DNA of 64,000 bases. It comes from Candidatus Omnitrophota bacterium. GTDB taxonomy: Bacteria; Omnitrophota; Gorgyraeia; Gygaellales; Profunditerraquicolaceae. The notes below the pieces were generated by a model. It searched no databases and was not told the origin of the DNA. It saw only the letters and a list, made by a program, of their open reading frames with translations. The position numbers were made by a program, and so were the translations under genes. The DNA lies in contig JAUSED010000008.1 in assembly GCA_030650425.1 (NCBI GenBank), positions 4,554-68,553 of the forward strand, read 5' to 3'. Positions 1 through 9,102 of this stretch are shown here, one piece after another; the first letter of the stretch is position 1; each line of letters opens with the position of its first letter.

Positions 1-45
1 GCTTCAGCGATTACCGGTAAAATAACTCATCCTGAAGCTCTCTAG
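1..45 (+). CDS. 3' end of upstream gene, probably leuC (3-isopropylmalate dehydratase large subunit); partial at window edge
   Basis: Frame open from nt 1 to TAG 43-45, directly followed by leuD and leuB; identity inferred from operon context only. Confidence 0.3.
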   Translation, partial: ASAITGKITHPEAL

Positions 46-53
46 TGTTGCCA

Positions 54-82
54 GTAGGGACTGTCCCACGACAAGATAAGTA
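54..82. repeat. REP-like element: GTAG + GGGACTGTCCC palindrome + conserved tail ACGACAAGATAAGTA (leuC/leuD junction)
   Basis: Same GTAG-GGGACTGTCCC(C) unit recurs at 10026-10123, 11341-11389 and 18171-18213. Confidence 0.7.
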
Positions 83-107
83 TCAGTAGCGGGAGATAAG
101 CGAAACT

Positions 108-599
108 ATGATCCTCAAAGGCAAGGTCCACAAATTCGGCGACGATATCAATACCGACGATATTATCTCGGCGAAATACCTGGTTTCTACTGATGCCAAG
201 GAATTAGGCTCGCATTGTATGGAGAGTATTGCCCCGGATTTCGCCAAGAAGGTCAGCCCGGGAGATATGATTATCGCGGGAAAGAATTTTGGCTGCGGTT
301 CAAGCAGAGAGCATGCGCCGGTAGCGATTAAGGGGTGCGGAGTTTCAGCGGTGGTCGCTAAAAGTTTCGCGGCGATATTTTTTAGGAACGCCATCAATAT
401 CGGCCTGCCTTTCTTAGAATCAGATGATGCGGATAAGATAAAAGACGGGGATTTAATCGAAATAGATTTAGGCGGTGGTATAATCAAAAACCTTACCCGG
501 AATGAAACTTATAAAACGCAGGCCTTCCCTGAGTTTTTGCAGGAGCTGGTAAAAGAGGGCGGCCTGATGAGTTATATTAAAAACAAAGGAAAGAAGTAA
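108..599 (+). CDS. leuD: 3-isopropylmalate dehydratase small subunit
   Basis: 163 aa; N-terminus MILKGKVHKFGDDINTDDIISAKYL typical of LeuD/aconitase swivel domain; ATG 108; followed by leuB. Confidence 0.88.
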   Translation: MILKGKVHKFGDDINTDDIISAKYLVSTDAKELGSHCMESIAPDFAKKVSPGDMIIAGKNFGCGSSREHAPVAIKGCGVSAVVAKSFAAIFFRNAINIGLPFLESDDADKIKDGDLIEIDLGGGIIKNLTRNETYKTQAFPEFLQELVKEGGLMSYIKNKGKK

Positions 600-609
600 C
601 AACGTCGGT

Positions 610-700
610 GTAGGGGAGGTTTAAACCTCCCCCCGAGCCCCAATCGCAGGGGACATTTTCCGTCAGGGCTATCAGGGATTCTTTAAAGGAAAGTGTCCCC
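610..700. repeat. composite REP cluster: GTAGGGGAGGTTTAAACCTCCCCCC palindrome + inverted pair GGGGACATTTTCC / GGAAAGTGTCCCC
   Basis: leuD/leuB intergenic; the same 26-bp palindrome recurs at 29825-29850; the GGGACA(C/T)TTTCC core recurs at >10 sites. Confidence 0.7.
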
Positions 701-726
701 TAGGATAATTATTTTGGAGAATACTC

Positions 727-1779
727 ATGTATAAAATCGCAGTTATAGCCGGAGACGGCACAGGGCCTGAGGTTGTCGCGGAAGGTTTGAAGGTCCTGAA
801 GGCAGCATCCAATAAATTTAAATTCAAATATGAACTAAAGGATTTTGATTTTAGCGGTAAGCGGTATTTAGAAACCGGGAAGCTTGTCGAAGAGAAGGAT
901 ATCGAGGAGTTAAAAAAATATTCCGCAATTTATCTTGGCGCGGTGGGTGACCCGAATGTAAAACCCGGCATTATTGAGACAGGCGTCTTGTTAAAATTAA
1001 GGTTTGACTTGGATCAGTATATAAATTTAAGGCCGGTTAAGCTTTACAATTCTAATTTTTGCCCTTTAAAGGACAAAAAACCGGAAGATATAGATTTTGT
1101 GGTAGTGCGTGAGAATTCCGAAGGACTATATAAAGGTATGGGGGAGTTCCAGAAAAAAGGCACCAAAGAAGAGGTGGCTATTCAGATTTCTTATAATACA
1201 CGTAAAGGTGTTGAGCGCTGCATTCGTTATGCCTTTGAATATACCCGTAAGCGCAACAAAAAGAAAAAGCTGACTTTATGCGGCAAGACCAATGTCTTAA
1301 CCTATGCCTGGGATCTTTGGCAGAGGGCCTTTAACGAGGCGGCCAAAGACTATCCGGATATTACCACGGATTACGCGCACGTGGATGCGACGACGATGTG
1401 GTTTGTGAAAAATCCGGAGTGGTTTGACGTGATTGTTACGGATAATATGTTTGGAGATATTATTACGGATTTGGGCGCGATGATTCAGGGCGGGATGGGC
1501 ATTGCCGCGGGCGGAAATATTAATCCCGAAGGCGTATCGATGTTTGAACCGATCGGCGGAAGCGCTCCCAAATATACCGGAAAAAATGTGATTAATCCTT
1601 TAGCCGCGATTTGCGCCGTAGGTATGCTCTTAGAGAACTTAAGCGAGGTTCAAGCGGGAAAAGCAGTTGAGGATGCGGTGATTAAAGTTGCAAGCAAAAA
1701 GTTAAAATCGCTGGCTGCCGGGAAGATGGGTTATTCCACCAGCGAGGTAGGGGATCTGGTCGTTGAAAACCTAGCCTAA
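727..1779 (+). CDS. leuB: 3-isopropylmalate dehydrogenase
   Basis: 350 aa; [14 protein letters not shown]-terminus, NLRP and GSAPxxxG motifs of isocitrate/isopropylmalate DH family; adjacent to leuD. Confidence 0.9.
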   Translation: MYKIAVIAGDGTGPEVVAEGLKVLKAASNKFKFKYELKDFDFSGKRYLETGKLVEEKDIEELKKYSAIYLGAVGDPNVKPGIIETGVLLKLRFDLDQYINLRPVKLYNSNFCPLKDKKPEDIDFVVVRENSEGLYKGMGEFQKKGTKEEVAIQISYNTRKGVERCIRYAFEYTRKRNKKKKLTLCGKTNVLTYAWDLWQRAFNEAAKDYPDITTDYAHVDATTMWFVKNPEWFDVIVTDNMFGDIITDLGAMIQGGMGIAAGGNINPEGVSMFEPIGGSAPKYTGKNVINPLAAICAVGMLLENLSEVQAGKAVEDAVIKVASKKLKSLAAGKMGYSTSEVGDLVVENLA

Positions 1780-1801
1780 CGTTGCCTATAACTAAACCTA
1801 C

Positions 1802-1903
1802 GGGACATTTTCCAACCCTTAGAGAAGGGGACACTTTCCGTCAAGGTTCTTAAGGAATCCTCAAAAGGAAAGTGTCCCCTTCCGGCTAAAAGGAAAGTGT
1901 CCC
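1802..1903. repeat. nested inverted REP pairs (GGGACATTTTCC, GGGGACACTTTCC / GGAAAGTGTCCCC, GGAAAGTGTCCC)
   Basis: leuB/asd intergenic; two left copies and two right copies in inverted orientation (BIME-like). Confidence 0.7.
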
Positions 1904-1930
1904 GGTTCGAGAAAGAAAAGGAAGTTTCTA

Positions 1931-2989
1931 ATGAAAAAATATAATGTTGCGGTAATAGGTGTAGGAGTGGTGGGGATAGAGATGCTGAGGGTTTTAAAGC
2001 AACGTAATTTTCCCATCGGAGAATTACGCGTTTTTGCCCGCTCTAGCCGCGATATAGATGTAGATGGCCAAAAATATTCGGTAAAACCGATTAGTCCCGA
2101 AGGTTTTGAGGGCATAGATATCGCTTTGTTCGCAGGGACTGAAGGAGAGAAAGGCGCCGCGGTTACTTACGCGAACGAAGCAGTTAAAAGAGGCGCGGTG
2201 GTCATCGATAATGGCGCGGATTTCCGCATGGATCCGGATGTCCCGCTGGTTGTTCCGGAAGTAAACGCGGCAGATGTAAAAAAGCACAAAGGTATTATCG
2301 CTAATCCCAATTGTTCAACTATCCAAATGGTTGTAGCGTTAAATCCTATTTATAAGAAAGTCGGGATCAAGAGGATAATTGTTACTACTCTGCAAGCTTC
2401 CAGCGGAGCAGGTAAAGCTGCTGTCGAACAGCTCTGGCAGGAAACCGAAGAAGTAATTCTTAGAAGTCAGAAGTCAGAAAACAGAAGTCAGAAAGTTCTG
2501 TCTTCTGTCTTCTGTTCTCCGTCTTCTGAAAAACCAATGCCGCAACAGCTGGCTTTCAATGTCTTTCCCCACATCGGTTCCTTTGTCGAAGGCGATTATA
2601 CTAATGAAGAATGGAAATTGGTTAAGGAGACGCATAAAATTATGCACGCGCCGAAAATTAAAATTTCAGCAACTACTGTTCGGGTTCCGGTAAGGACTGG
2701 CCACTCCGAATCAGTTTATATTGAAACTGTTCGTCCCATTGCGGTGGATAAAGTTAAAGCTATTCTTTCCAAAGCCCCCGGCGTGATTCTAATGGATGAA
2801 CCCAAAAATAATCTCTATCCTATGCCTAAGGATGTAGAGGGTAGGGATGAGACTTTTGTCGGCCGCATCCGTAAGGACGCTTTTGTAAAAAATGGTTTAT
2901 GGCTGTGGGTGGTAGCGGATAACCTGCGTAAGGGAGCCGCCACCAATGCTGTGCAGATCGCCGAATGCGTAATCTCAAGCTCGAAATAG
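1931..2989 (+). CDS. asd: aspartate-semialdehyde dehydrogenase carrying an in-frame repeat insertion
   Basis: 352 aa; N-terminal Rossmann VAVIGVGVVG, active-site region NPNCSTI; residues SQKSENRSQKVLSSVFCSPSSE are encoded by an inverted purine/pyrimidine repeat at 2458-2530. Confidence 0.88.
   Translation: MKKYNVAVIGVGVVGIEMLRVLKQRNFPIGELRVFARSSRDIDVDGQKYSVKPISPEGFEGIDIALFAGTEGEKGAAVTYANEAVKRGAVVIDNGADFRMDPDVPLVVPEVNAADVKKHKGIIANPNCSTIQMVVALNPIYKKVGIKRIIVTTLQASSGAGKAAVEQLWQETEEVILRSQKSENRSQKVLSSVFCSPSSEKPMPQQLAFNVFPHIGSFVEGDYTNEEWKLVKETHKIMHAPKIKISATTVRVPVRTGHSESVYIETVRPIAVDKVKAILSKAPGVILMDEPKNNLYPMPKDVEGRDETFVGRIRKDAFVKNGLWLWVVADNLRKGAATNAVQIAECVISSSK
2458..2530. repeat. intragenic inverted purine/pyrimidine repeat (AGAAGTCAGAAG...)x / (TTCTGTCTTCTG...)x inside asd
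   Basis: Imperfect 34-nt arms with one mismatch per unit; read in frame as SQKSENRSQKVLSSVFCSPSSE. Confidence 0.65.
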
Positions 2990-3705
2990 AGTATGACGGG
3001 ACTAATTACGCAGGTTGGCAGGTTCAACCTAAAGCCCACGGCAAGACCATTCAGGCAGTCATTGAGAAAACACTCCGCAAGATCCTCCGTGAAAAAATAA
3101 AAATCATTGCTTCAGGCAGGACTGACGCGGGCGTGCATGCCCGGGCTCAAGTGGCCAATTTTTTCACCTCTTCAAATTTTCCGCTATCCCGATTAAAAAT
3201 AGGCCTCAATGGAATTCTTCCCGAAGATATCAAAGTTATAAAATTAAACGAGGTAGGCCCGGATTTCCACAGCCGCTTTTCGGCAAAATCAAAAATCTAC
3301 CGTTACACCATTTTAAATCGCGGCTATTCTTCACCTTTATGGCGTAATACGGTTTATTTCTATCCCCACCCCTTGGACGTAAAGCTTATGCAGAAGGAAG
3401 CCGAATGTTTATTAGGCAGGCATAATTTCCGCGCTTTTTGCGCCAGCCACGGAAGAGAGAAGGATCAGATTAAGGAAATCAGGAGAATAGCGATCAGCCG
3501 GAAGAAAGATTTCATTTATATCGATATTGAGGCAGACGGATTCTTATATAATATGGTCAGGAATATCGTCGGGACATTGATCGAAATAGGAAGGGGCAGG
3601 ATTCCTCGAGGCTCGCTAAAAAAAATACTCCTTTCCCGTAACCGCAGGCTTGCCGGCCAAACCGTCCCTCCCCGCGGCCTTTGTCTTTTGAAGGTAAAAT
3701 ATTAA
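2965..3705 (+). CDS. truA: tRNA pseudouridine(38-40) synthase
   Basis: 246 aa; GRTDAGVHA catalytic motif; start overlaps asd end. Confidence 0.85.
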   Translation: MRNLKLEIEYDGTNYAGWQVQPKAHGKTIQAVIEKTLRKILREKIKIIASGRTDAGVHARAQVANFFTSSNFPLSRLKIGLNGILPEDIKVIKLNEVGPDFHSRFSAKSKIYRYTILNRGYSSPLWRNTVYFYPHPLDVKLMQKEAECLLGRHNFRAFCASHGREKDQIKEIRRIAISRKKDFIYIDIEADGFLYNMVRNIVGTLIEIGRGRIPRGSLKKILLSRNRRLAGQTVPPRGLCLLKVKY

Positions 3706-3714
3706 TAAAAAATA

Positions 3715-3859
3715 GTAATGCGTCAGTCAATGGGGGAAATTCCCATCGTGTCATTGCGAGCGAACGAAGTGAGCGAAGCAATCTCGACGAGATTGCTTCG
3801 TCGCTGCGCTCCTCGCAATGACAAATTCCTTGGATCGCCCCCGTTCACTGACGCATTAC
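3715..3859. repeat. 145-bp nested palindromic element (outer IR GTAATGCGTCAGTCAATGGGGG / CCCCCGTTCACTGACGCATTAC; inner GTCATTGCGAG...CTCGCAATGAC hairpin with GAAGCAATCTCG/ACGAGATTGCTTC core)
   Basis: truA/rplM intergenic; GTCATTGCGAG-type cores recur at 16032, 37648, 46505, 34411. Confidence 0.7.
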
Positions 3860-3878
3860 AAAAAATAATAAAAAATAT

Positions 3879-3906
3879 TTGACTTAAGCTTTAAATATGA
3901 TATACT
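3879..3906 (+). promoter_or_regulatory. sigma70-like promoter for rplM-rpsI (TTGACT-16-TATACT)
   Basis: -35 3879-3884, -10 3901-3906, 8 nt before ATG 3915. Confidence 0.45.
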
Positions 3907-3914
3907 TTTAGTCT

Positions 3915-4346
3915 ATGAAAAAAACCTACTCAGCAAAAAAAGAGGATGTAAAGAGAGTCTGGTATTTGGTGGATGCCAAAGATAAGATACTCGGTCGGAT
4001 GGCAGCTAAGGTGGCCAGCATCTTAAGGGGCAAGCATAAGCCGATATTTACTCCGCATGTAGATACCGGGGATGCCGTGATTATCATTAATGCTTCCCAA
4101 GTCAGGCTTACCGGCAGAAAGGCCAAGCAAAAAGTGTACCGGCGTTATTCCGGTTATCCGGGTGGCTTAAGGGAAGTCTCTTTTGAAAAGATGTTCAAGA
4201 ATAAGCCTACAACCGTAATCAAGCTGGCAGTCAGGCGCATGCTTCCCGGTGGCGCGTTGGGCCACGATATGTTAAAGAAGCTAAAGATTTATGCTGATGA
4301 TAAGCATAATCAGCAAGCGCAGAAGCCGCAAGTTCTGGAGGTATAA
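3915..4346 (+). CDS. rplM: 50S ribosomal protein L13
   Basis: 143 aa; conserved L13 N-terminus KRVWYLVDAKDKILGRMAA; sigma70-like promoter 3879-3906 upstream. Confidence 0.93.
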   Translation: MKKTYSAKKEDVKRVWYLVDAKDKILGRMAAKVASILRGKHKPIFTPHVDTGDAVIIINASQVRLTGRKAKQKVYRRYSGYPGGLREVSFEKMFKNKPTTVIKLAVRRMLPGGALGHDMLKKLKIYADDKHNQQAQKPQVLEV

Positions 4347-4350
4347 ATAA

Positions 4351-4746
4351 ATGAGTGAGACAATAAAATATAAAGCAGTAGGAAGGCGCAAGGAATCAGT
4401 GGCTAGAGTGGCGCTTATTCCCGGTAAAGGGGATTTTCTAGTCAATAAACGGCCTTATGAAAAGTATTTCTTGCGGGAGACAGACAGGATTATTGTGAAA
4501 CAGCCTTTAGACGCGACTAATAATATGAATAAGTATGATGTTGTTGCCAATATTAGAGGAGGCGGACTAACCGGCCAGGCAGGGGCATTAAGGCTGGGTA
4601 TTTCCCGCGCGTTGATTTCTATGGACCCGGCCCTAAAAGATTTACTGCGCAAACAGGGTTATTTGACTCGCGACCCTCGCGCTAAGGAACGCAAGAAGTA
4701 TGGCCAGAAGGGCGCGCGTAAACGCTTCCAGTGGACTAAGAGGTAA
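4351..4746 (+). CDS. rpsI: 30S ribosomal protein S9
   Basis: 131 aa; C-terminal RDPRAKERKKYGQKGARKRFQWTKR typical of S9; rho-independent terminator follows. Confidence 0.93.
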   Translation: MSETIKYKAVGRRKESVARVALIPGKGDFLVNKRPYEKYFLRETDRIIVKQPLDATNNMNKYDVVANIRGGGLTGQAGALRLGISRALISMDPALKDLLRKQGYLTRDPRAKERKKYGQKGARKRFQWTKR

Positions 4747-4795
4747 GATGATTACACAGATTTAAAAATAGATTACACAGATTTAGAGTAAACTA

Positions 4796-4823
4796 ACCCC
4801 GCTGGGAAAAGCGGGGTTTTTTA
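4796..4823 (+). terminator. rho-independent terminator after rpsI
   Basis: CCCCGC-TGGGAAAA-GCGGGG followed by TTTTTT. Confidence 0.6.
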
Positions 4824-4841
4824 TTGCCGACGAGAAAAACC

Positions 4842-4870
4842 TTGACTACGACGGGTTTTTATTCTAAGAT
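4842..4870 (+). promoter_or_regulatory. candidate promoter for arg operon (TTGACT-17-TAAGAT)
   Basis: Located between the rpsI terminator and argC RBS. Confidence 0.3.
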
Positions 4871-4898
4871 TAAAAGATTATTGAGGAGAATAGATAGT

Positions 4899-5921
4899 AT
4901 GTTAAATGTTGGGATTGTTGGAGTTTCGGGATATGCGGGAGAAGAGTTAATTCGGATTCTCCTAAACCATCCGGGAGTAAAGATTAGCGGGCTTTTTTCA
5001 AGCAGCGCCTGCGGAATGCCGATTGCGAAAATATTCCCCGAGTTAGCTAAAGATTTAGGCTTAGTCTGTTTAAAGCCGGATATAAAGAATATCGTCGATA
5101 ATTGCGATCTTGTATTTTTAGCCCTGCCGCATACTGCTTCCATGGAATTAGTTCCGCAACTGGTTAAAGCGGGAAAGAGGGTAATTGATTTAAGCGCTGA
5201 TTATAGGCTTAAAGACTTCAGAGTATATGAGCAATTTTATCAGCATAAACATAAAGATAAATTAAATCTCAAGGCAGCAGTTTATGGGCTGCCTGAATTA
5301 TACCGGTCAGAGATTAAGCAGGCAAAAGTGGTTGCCAACCCCGGGTGTTACCCGACGGCAGCGATATTGGCTTTGGCGCCATTAGCGGCTTTAGGCTCGG
5401 TGGATGTAAGTTCAATAATTATCGATGCCAAGTCAGGCGTAAGCGGCGCGGGAAGAAAAGCAACCGAGGAATTTTTCTCTTCGCAAGACAAAGAAGATTT
5501 TAAGGCCTATAAGGTGGGCGTGCACCAGCATACCCCTGAAATTAGTCAGATATTATCAAGCCTGGCAGGTAAAAAGGCCAAGCTAACTTTTGTGCCGCAT
5601 CTTTTACCGGTAAAGAGGGGGATATTGGAGACGATTTATCTGAGAAAGGCCGCGAAAACCAAACATCAAGCGCCAAGTTTAATTAATTTATATAAGAAAT
5701 TCTATAAGCAAGAGCCTTTTGTAAGAATAAAGGCCGAAGGAGAGTTCCCGCGGCTGGCGGATGTGGTAGGGACAAATTTCTGCGATATTGGGATCTGGAA
5801 TTCTGTTGACAATATAATTATAATCTCTGCTATTGATAATCTAGTGAAAGGGGCTTCCGGGCAGGCAGTGCAGAATATGAATATCATGTATAAGTTTCCG
5901 GAAACAATAGGGTTACTATGA
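4899..5921 (+). CDS. argC: N-acetyl-gamma-glutamyl-phosphate reductase
   Basis: ORF track starts at 4824 but ATG 4899 (MLNVGIVGVSGYAGEEL) preceded by GAGGAG is the likely start; PGCYPT active-site cysteine motif. Confidence 0.88.
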   Translation: MLNVGIVGVSGYAGEELIRILLNHPGVKISGLFSSSACGMPIAKIFPELAKDLGLVCLKPDIKNIVDNCDLVFLALPHTASMELVPQLVKAGKRVIDLSADYRLKDFRVYEQFYQHKHKDKLNLKAAVYGLPELYRSEIKQAKVVANPGCYPTAAILALAPLAALGSVDVSSIIIDAKSGVSGAGRKATEEFFSSQDKEDFKAYKVGVHQHTPEISQILSSLAGKKAKLTFVPHLLPVKRGILETIYLRKAAKTKHQAPSLINLYKKFYKQEPFVRIKAEGEFPRLADVVGTNFCDIGIWNSVDNIIIISAIDNLVKGASGQAVQNMNIMYKFPETIGLL

Positions 5922-7054
5922 AGATATACACTAAATCAATTTTACCGTTAGGCTTTAAAGCTAGCGGCATATCGAGCGGAATCAAAAAGTCAGGAAAATT
6001 AGATTTGGCTTTATTTTTTTCGGAAACTCCGGCAACCGCCGCCTGTGTATTTACAGCTAACAGTATTAAGGCAGCCCCGGTTATTTTGAGTAAAGGCTAT
6101 TTAAGGAGTAACTATTATTTTCAGGCGATCATCGCCAATAGCGGGAACGCCAATTGTTTTACCGGCAGGCAAGGCTTAAAAGATGCTCAATTAACCTCTA
6201 AATTTTTAGCTGATGCTTTAGGTTTGAAGGAAAAGGAAGTTTTGGTTGCTTCTACCGGAATCATCGCCAAGAAGTTACCGGTTGATAAGATTAAGCTGGG
6301 GATTCCCGGATTGATTAAGCAACTATCCAGAGAGGGGATTAATCAGGCGGAGAAAGCGATCATGACTACGGATACCTTCACTAAGAAGATTTCGGTAAAG
6401 TTTAGTTTGGGCCCCAAGACGGTTACTATCTGCGGCATAGCTAAAGGCGCCGGGATGATCGCGCCGAATATGGCCACTTTGTTAAGTTTTATTTTTACAG
6501 ATGCCAAGATTACCCGGCAAGCGCTTAATCAGGCTTTAAAAGTCAGCGTGCGAAATTCATTTAACTGTATAACGGTAGATGGCTGTATGAGTACTAATGA
6601 TGCGGTGATGCTTTTAGCAAATGGGGCTGCGCAGAACGCCTTGGTTAGCGGAGGGAAGAATTTGGATTTATTTATCAGGGTTTTAAGCTTAGTCTGCCTG
6701 GAGTTGGCGAAAATGGTGGTTAAGGATGCCGAAGGCGCGAGTAAATTTATCCGGATTAAGGTTAGCTCCGCCAAAAATTACAATCAGGCAAAAGCCGCAG
6801 CCTTAAGTATAGCTAACTCTAATCTTGTTAAGACAGCGATCTATGGCCAGAATCCGAATTTCGGAAGGATTGCCGCCGCTATCGGAGCAAGCGGGGCAGG
6901 GGTTGAAGAGAAGGATTTGAAGATTAAGGTTAGTTCGCTAAAGAAAAAAGAGATAGAGATTGAAGTTGAGCTTAATCAGGGTAAGGCGAATGCCGTGATT
7001 TATACTTCGGATCTTACCCCTGAATATGTTAAGATAAACGCGGAATACAATTAA
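5918..7054 (+). CDS. argJ: bifunctional glutamate N-acetyltransferase / ornithine acetyltransferase
   Basis: 378 aa; ATLLSF self-cleavage region (ATML-type) present; ATGA overlap with argC. Confidence 0.88.
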   Translation: MKIYTKSILPLGFKASGISSGIKKSGKLDLALFFSETPATAACVFTANSIKAAPVILSKGYLRSNYYFQAIIANSGNANCFTGRQGLKDAQLTSKFLADALGLKEKEVLVASTGIIAKKLPVDKIKLGIPGLIKQLSREGINQAEKAIMTTDTFTKKISVKFSLGPKTVTICGIAKGAGMIAPNMATLLSFIFTDAKITRQALNQALKVSVRNSFNCITVDGCMSTNDAVMLLANGAAQNALVSGGKNLDLFIRVLSLVCLELAKMVVKDAEGASKFIRIKVSSAKNYNQAKAAALSIANSNLVKTAIYGQNPNFGRIAAAIGASGAGVEEKDLKIKVSSLKKKEIEIEVELNQGKANAVIYTSDLTPEYVKINAEYN

Positions 7055-7065
7055 GTGAGGTAAAA

Positions 7066-7920
7066 ATGGAAGAAGCAATCAGAAAAGCAGACGTATTAAT
7101 CGAGGCCCTGCCGTATATCAAAAGGTTTCATAAGAAAATAATTGTCATAAAATACGGCGGAAGTATTTTGGGCGAAGAAAAAATCCGTAAAGGAGTGCTT
7201 GAGGATATTGTTTTCCTTAATTTTATGGGCTTAAAGCCAGTTTTAGTTCATGGCGGCGGCCCGAACATCAGCGATCGCATGCGGCATTCGGGAAAGAAGA
7301 CCGAATTTGTGGATGGGATGCGCGTCACTGACGAAGAAACGCTTGAGGTGGTGGAAGAAGAACTCAAGACTCTAAATGATATTATTGTTAAGGAAATTTT
7401 GGAATTAGGGGCAAAGGCTGTCGGCTTAAACGGAAAAAAAGACCAGCTTATTCAGGCTGAAAAGAAAAAGGCAAAGATAGATTTAGGCTTGGTCGGCAAT
7501 ATTGTCGGCGTCAATGCCGAAGCGATTCTGGATGAAATAAAGAAAGATAAGATTACGGTTATTTTACCTATGGGCATCGGTAAAGACAAAAAAATATATA
7601 ATGTCAATGCGGATGAAGCAGCTGCCAGTGTGGCAGGAAGCCTTGAAGCGGAAAAATTCGTTCTATTGACTAATGTTAAAGGTATCTTACGTAATCCTGA
7701 TGACCCGCATTCATTTATTTCAACATTGACCACTAAAGAAGCCAAAGGTTTAGTTGAAAATAATATTATCCAGCAGGGGATGATCCCTAAGGTTAAAGCG
7801 TGTATTGACGCCTTGGAAAAAGGGGTTAAGAAGACGCATATTATTGACGCGCGCATTCCCCACGGTTTACTGCTTGAGATATTTACCGATAAGGGGATCG
7901 GGACGGAGATTATTCAATGA
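7066..7920 (+). CDS. argB: acetylglutamate kinase
   Basis: 284 aa; amino-acid kinase family, VIKYGGS and VHGGGP motifs. Confidence 0.88.
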   Translation: MEEAIRKADVLIEALPYIKRFHKKIIVIKYGGSILGEEKIRKGVLEDIVFLNFMGLKPVLVHGGGPNISDRMRHSGKKTEFVDGMRVTDEETLEVVEEELKTLNDIIVKEILELGAKAVGLNGKKDQLIQAEKKKAKIDLGLVGNIVGVNAEAILDEIKKDKITVILPMGIGKDKKIYNVNADEAAASVAGSLEAEKFVLLTNVKGILRNPDDPHSFISTLTTKEAKGLVENNIIQQGMIPKVKACIDALEKGVKKTHIIDARIPHGLLLEIFTDKGIGTEIIQ

Positions 7921-9092
7921 AGTTAGAAGAAGTTTTCGACAGTTACAAGAATAATATAATGCCTACTTATACCAAAGTTCCTTTGGTCTTTGTTAAGGGG
8001 AAAGGTTCTAAGCTCTGGGATATCCATAATCAGGCCTACTTGGATTTCTTCCCGGGCTGGGGGGCGTGTAATCTTGGCCATTGCCATCCGAAAGTGATGC
8101 AGGCAGTGCGGGACCAAATCTCCAAGTTGATTTTTATCCCGAATAATTATTACCATATCCCTCAGGCGAAATTAGCCAGGGAGATGGTTTATTGGTCATA
8201 TCCGGCAAAAGTATTTTTTTGTAATTCCGGGGCTGAGGCAAATGAGGCGGCTTTTAAGCTTTCTAGAAAATACGGCCAAGGCAGATACGAAATCATCACA
8301 TTTACCAATTCTTTTCATGGAAGGACTCTAGCCGCGCTTGCCGCTACTGGACAGAAAAAATATCAGGAAGGCTTTAGCCCTTTACCGGAAGGTTTTAAGT
8401 GTGTTAAGTTTAATGATCTGGAAGCGGTAAAACAGGTGATTAGCGATAAAACCGTGGCCATCATGTTAGAGTTTGTGCAGGGAGAAGGCGGGATCAATGT
8501 TGCTGGTCAGGATTTTGTCTTAGCACTAAGAAAATTGTGCGATGAGAAGAAATTATTATTGATCGCGGATGAAGTCCAGACCGGTATGGCTAGGACCGGA
8601 AAATTATTCGCTTATCAAAATTACGGAGTAACTCCGGATATCATGACTTTAGCTAAGTCATTAGGAGGAGGCTTGCCCATCGGAGCAATGATTGTAAAGA
8701 AGGAGATAGCTGATACCTTAGGCCCGGGTACGCACGCATCTACTTTTGGCGGTTCTCCGGTCATTTGCCGGGCAGCTTTAGCTGTCTTTAAAGCGATACA
8801 AGAAGAAAAGCTGCTGGCTAACACTAAAAAGATGGCTGACTATTTATTTACCAAACTAAATATGCTAAAAGATAAATATCCGCTTATTCAAGAAATTAGG
8901 GGATTAGGTTTAATGATCGGAGTGGAGCTAAAAGTTGAGGGTAAGAGCATAGTTGAGAAATGCATTGAGAAGGGGCTGTTGATTAATTGTACACACGTTA
9001 AGGTTTTAAGGATTATGCCGGCGCTAAATGTGACGAAGAAAGAGATCGATAAAGCAGCAAGCATATTAGAGAGCGTATTGGAAAGTATATAG
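7917..9092 (+). CDS. argD: acetylornithine aminotransferase (class III PLP aminotransferase)
   Basis: 391 aa; class-III aminotransferase motifs (DEVQTG, PLP-lysine region TLAKSLGGG); ATGA overlap with argB. Confidence 0.85.
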   Translation: MKLEEVFDSYKNNIMPTYTKVPLVFVKGKGSKLWDIHNQAYLDFFPGWGACNLGHCHPKVMQAVRDQISKLIFIPNNYYHIPQAKLAREMVYWSYPAKVFFCNSGAEANEAAFKLSRKYGQGRYEIITFTNSFHGRTLAALAATGQKKYQEGFSPLPEGFKCVKFNDLEAVKQVISDKTVAIMLEFVQGEGGINVAGQDFVLALRKLCDEKKLLLIADEVQTGMARTGKLFAYQNYGVTPDIMTLAKSLGGGLPIGAMIVKKEIADTLGPGTHASTFGGSPVICRAALAVFKAIQEEKLLANTKKMADYLFTKLNMLKDKYPLIQEIRGLGLMIGVELKVEGKSIVEKCIEKGLLINCTHVKVLRIMPALNVTKKEIDKAASILESVLESI

Positions 9093-9102
9093 GAAGGGAA
9101 AG

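Noticed and set aside
54-124. Leader upstream of leuD/argG/argH as T-box or amino-acid riboswitch
   Set aside because: No specifier/antiterminator architecture; the conserved parts are GTAG-headed palindromes shared with clearly non-regulatory REP copies elsewhere, so treated as a REP subfamily with possible secondary regulatory role
83-487. Minus-strand ORFs from the six-frame track (e.g. 83-487, 7452-7856, 57366-58301, 52599-53018, 62548-62964)
   Set aside because: Each lies entirely antisense to a well-supported + strand gene, has low-complexity or biased composition and no recognisable motifs; treated as shadow ORFs
4750-4785. Direct repeat GATTACACAGATTTA x2 after rpsI as a functional element
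   Set aside because: Only two short copies immediately before a clear terminator; likely a local duplication; noted but not interpreted
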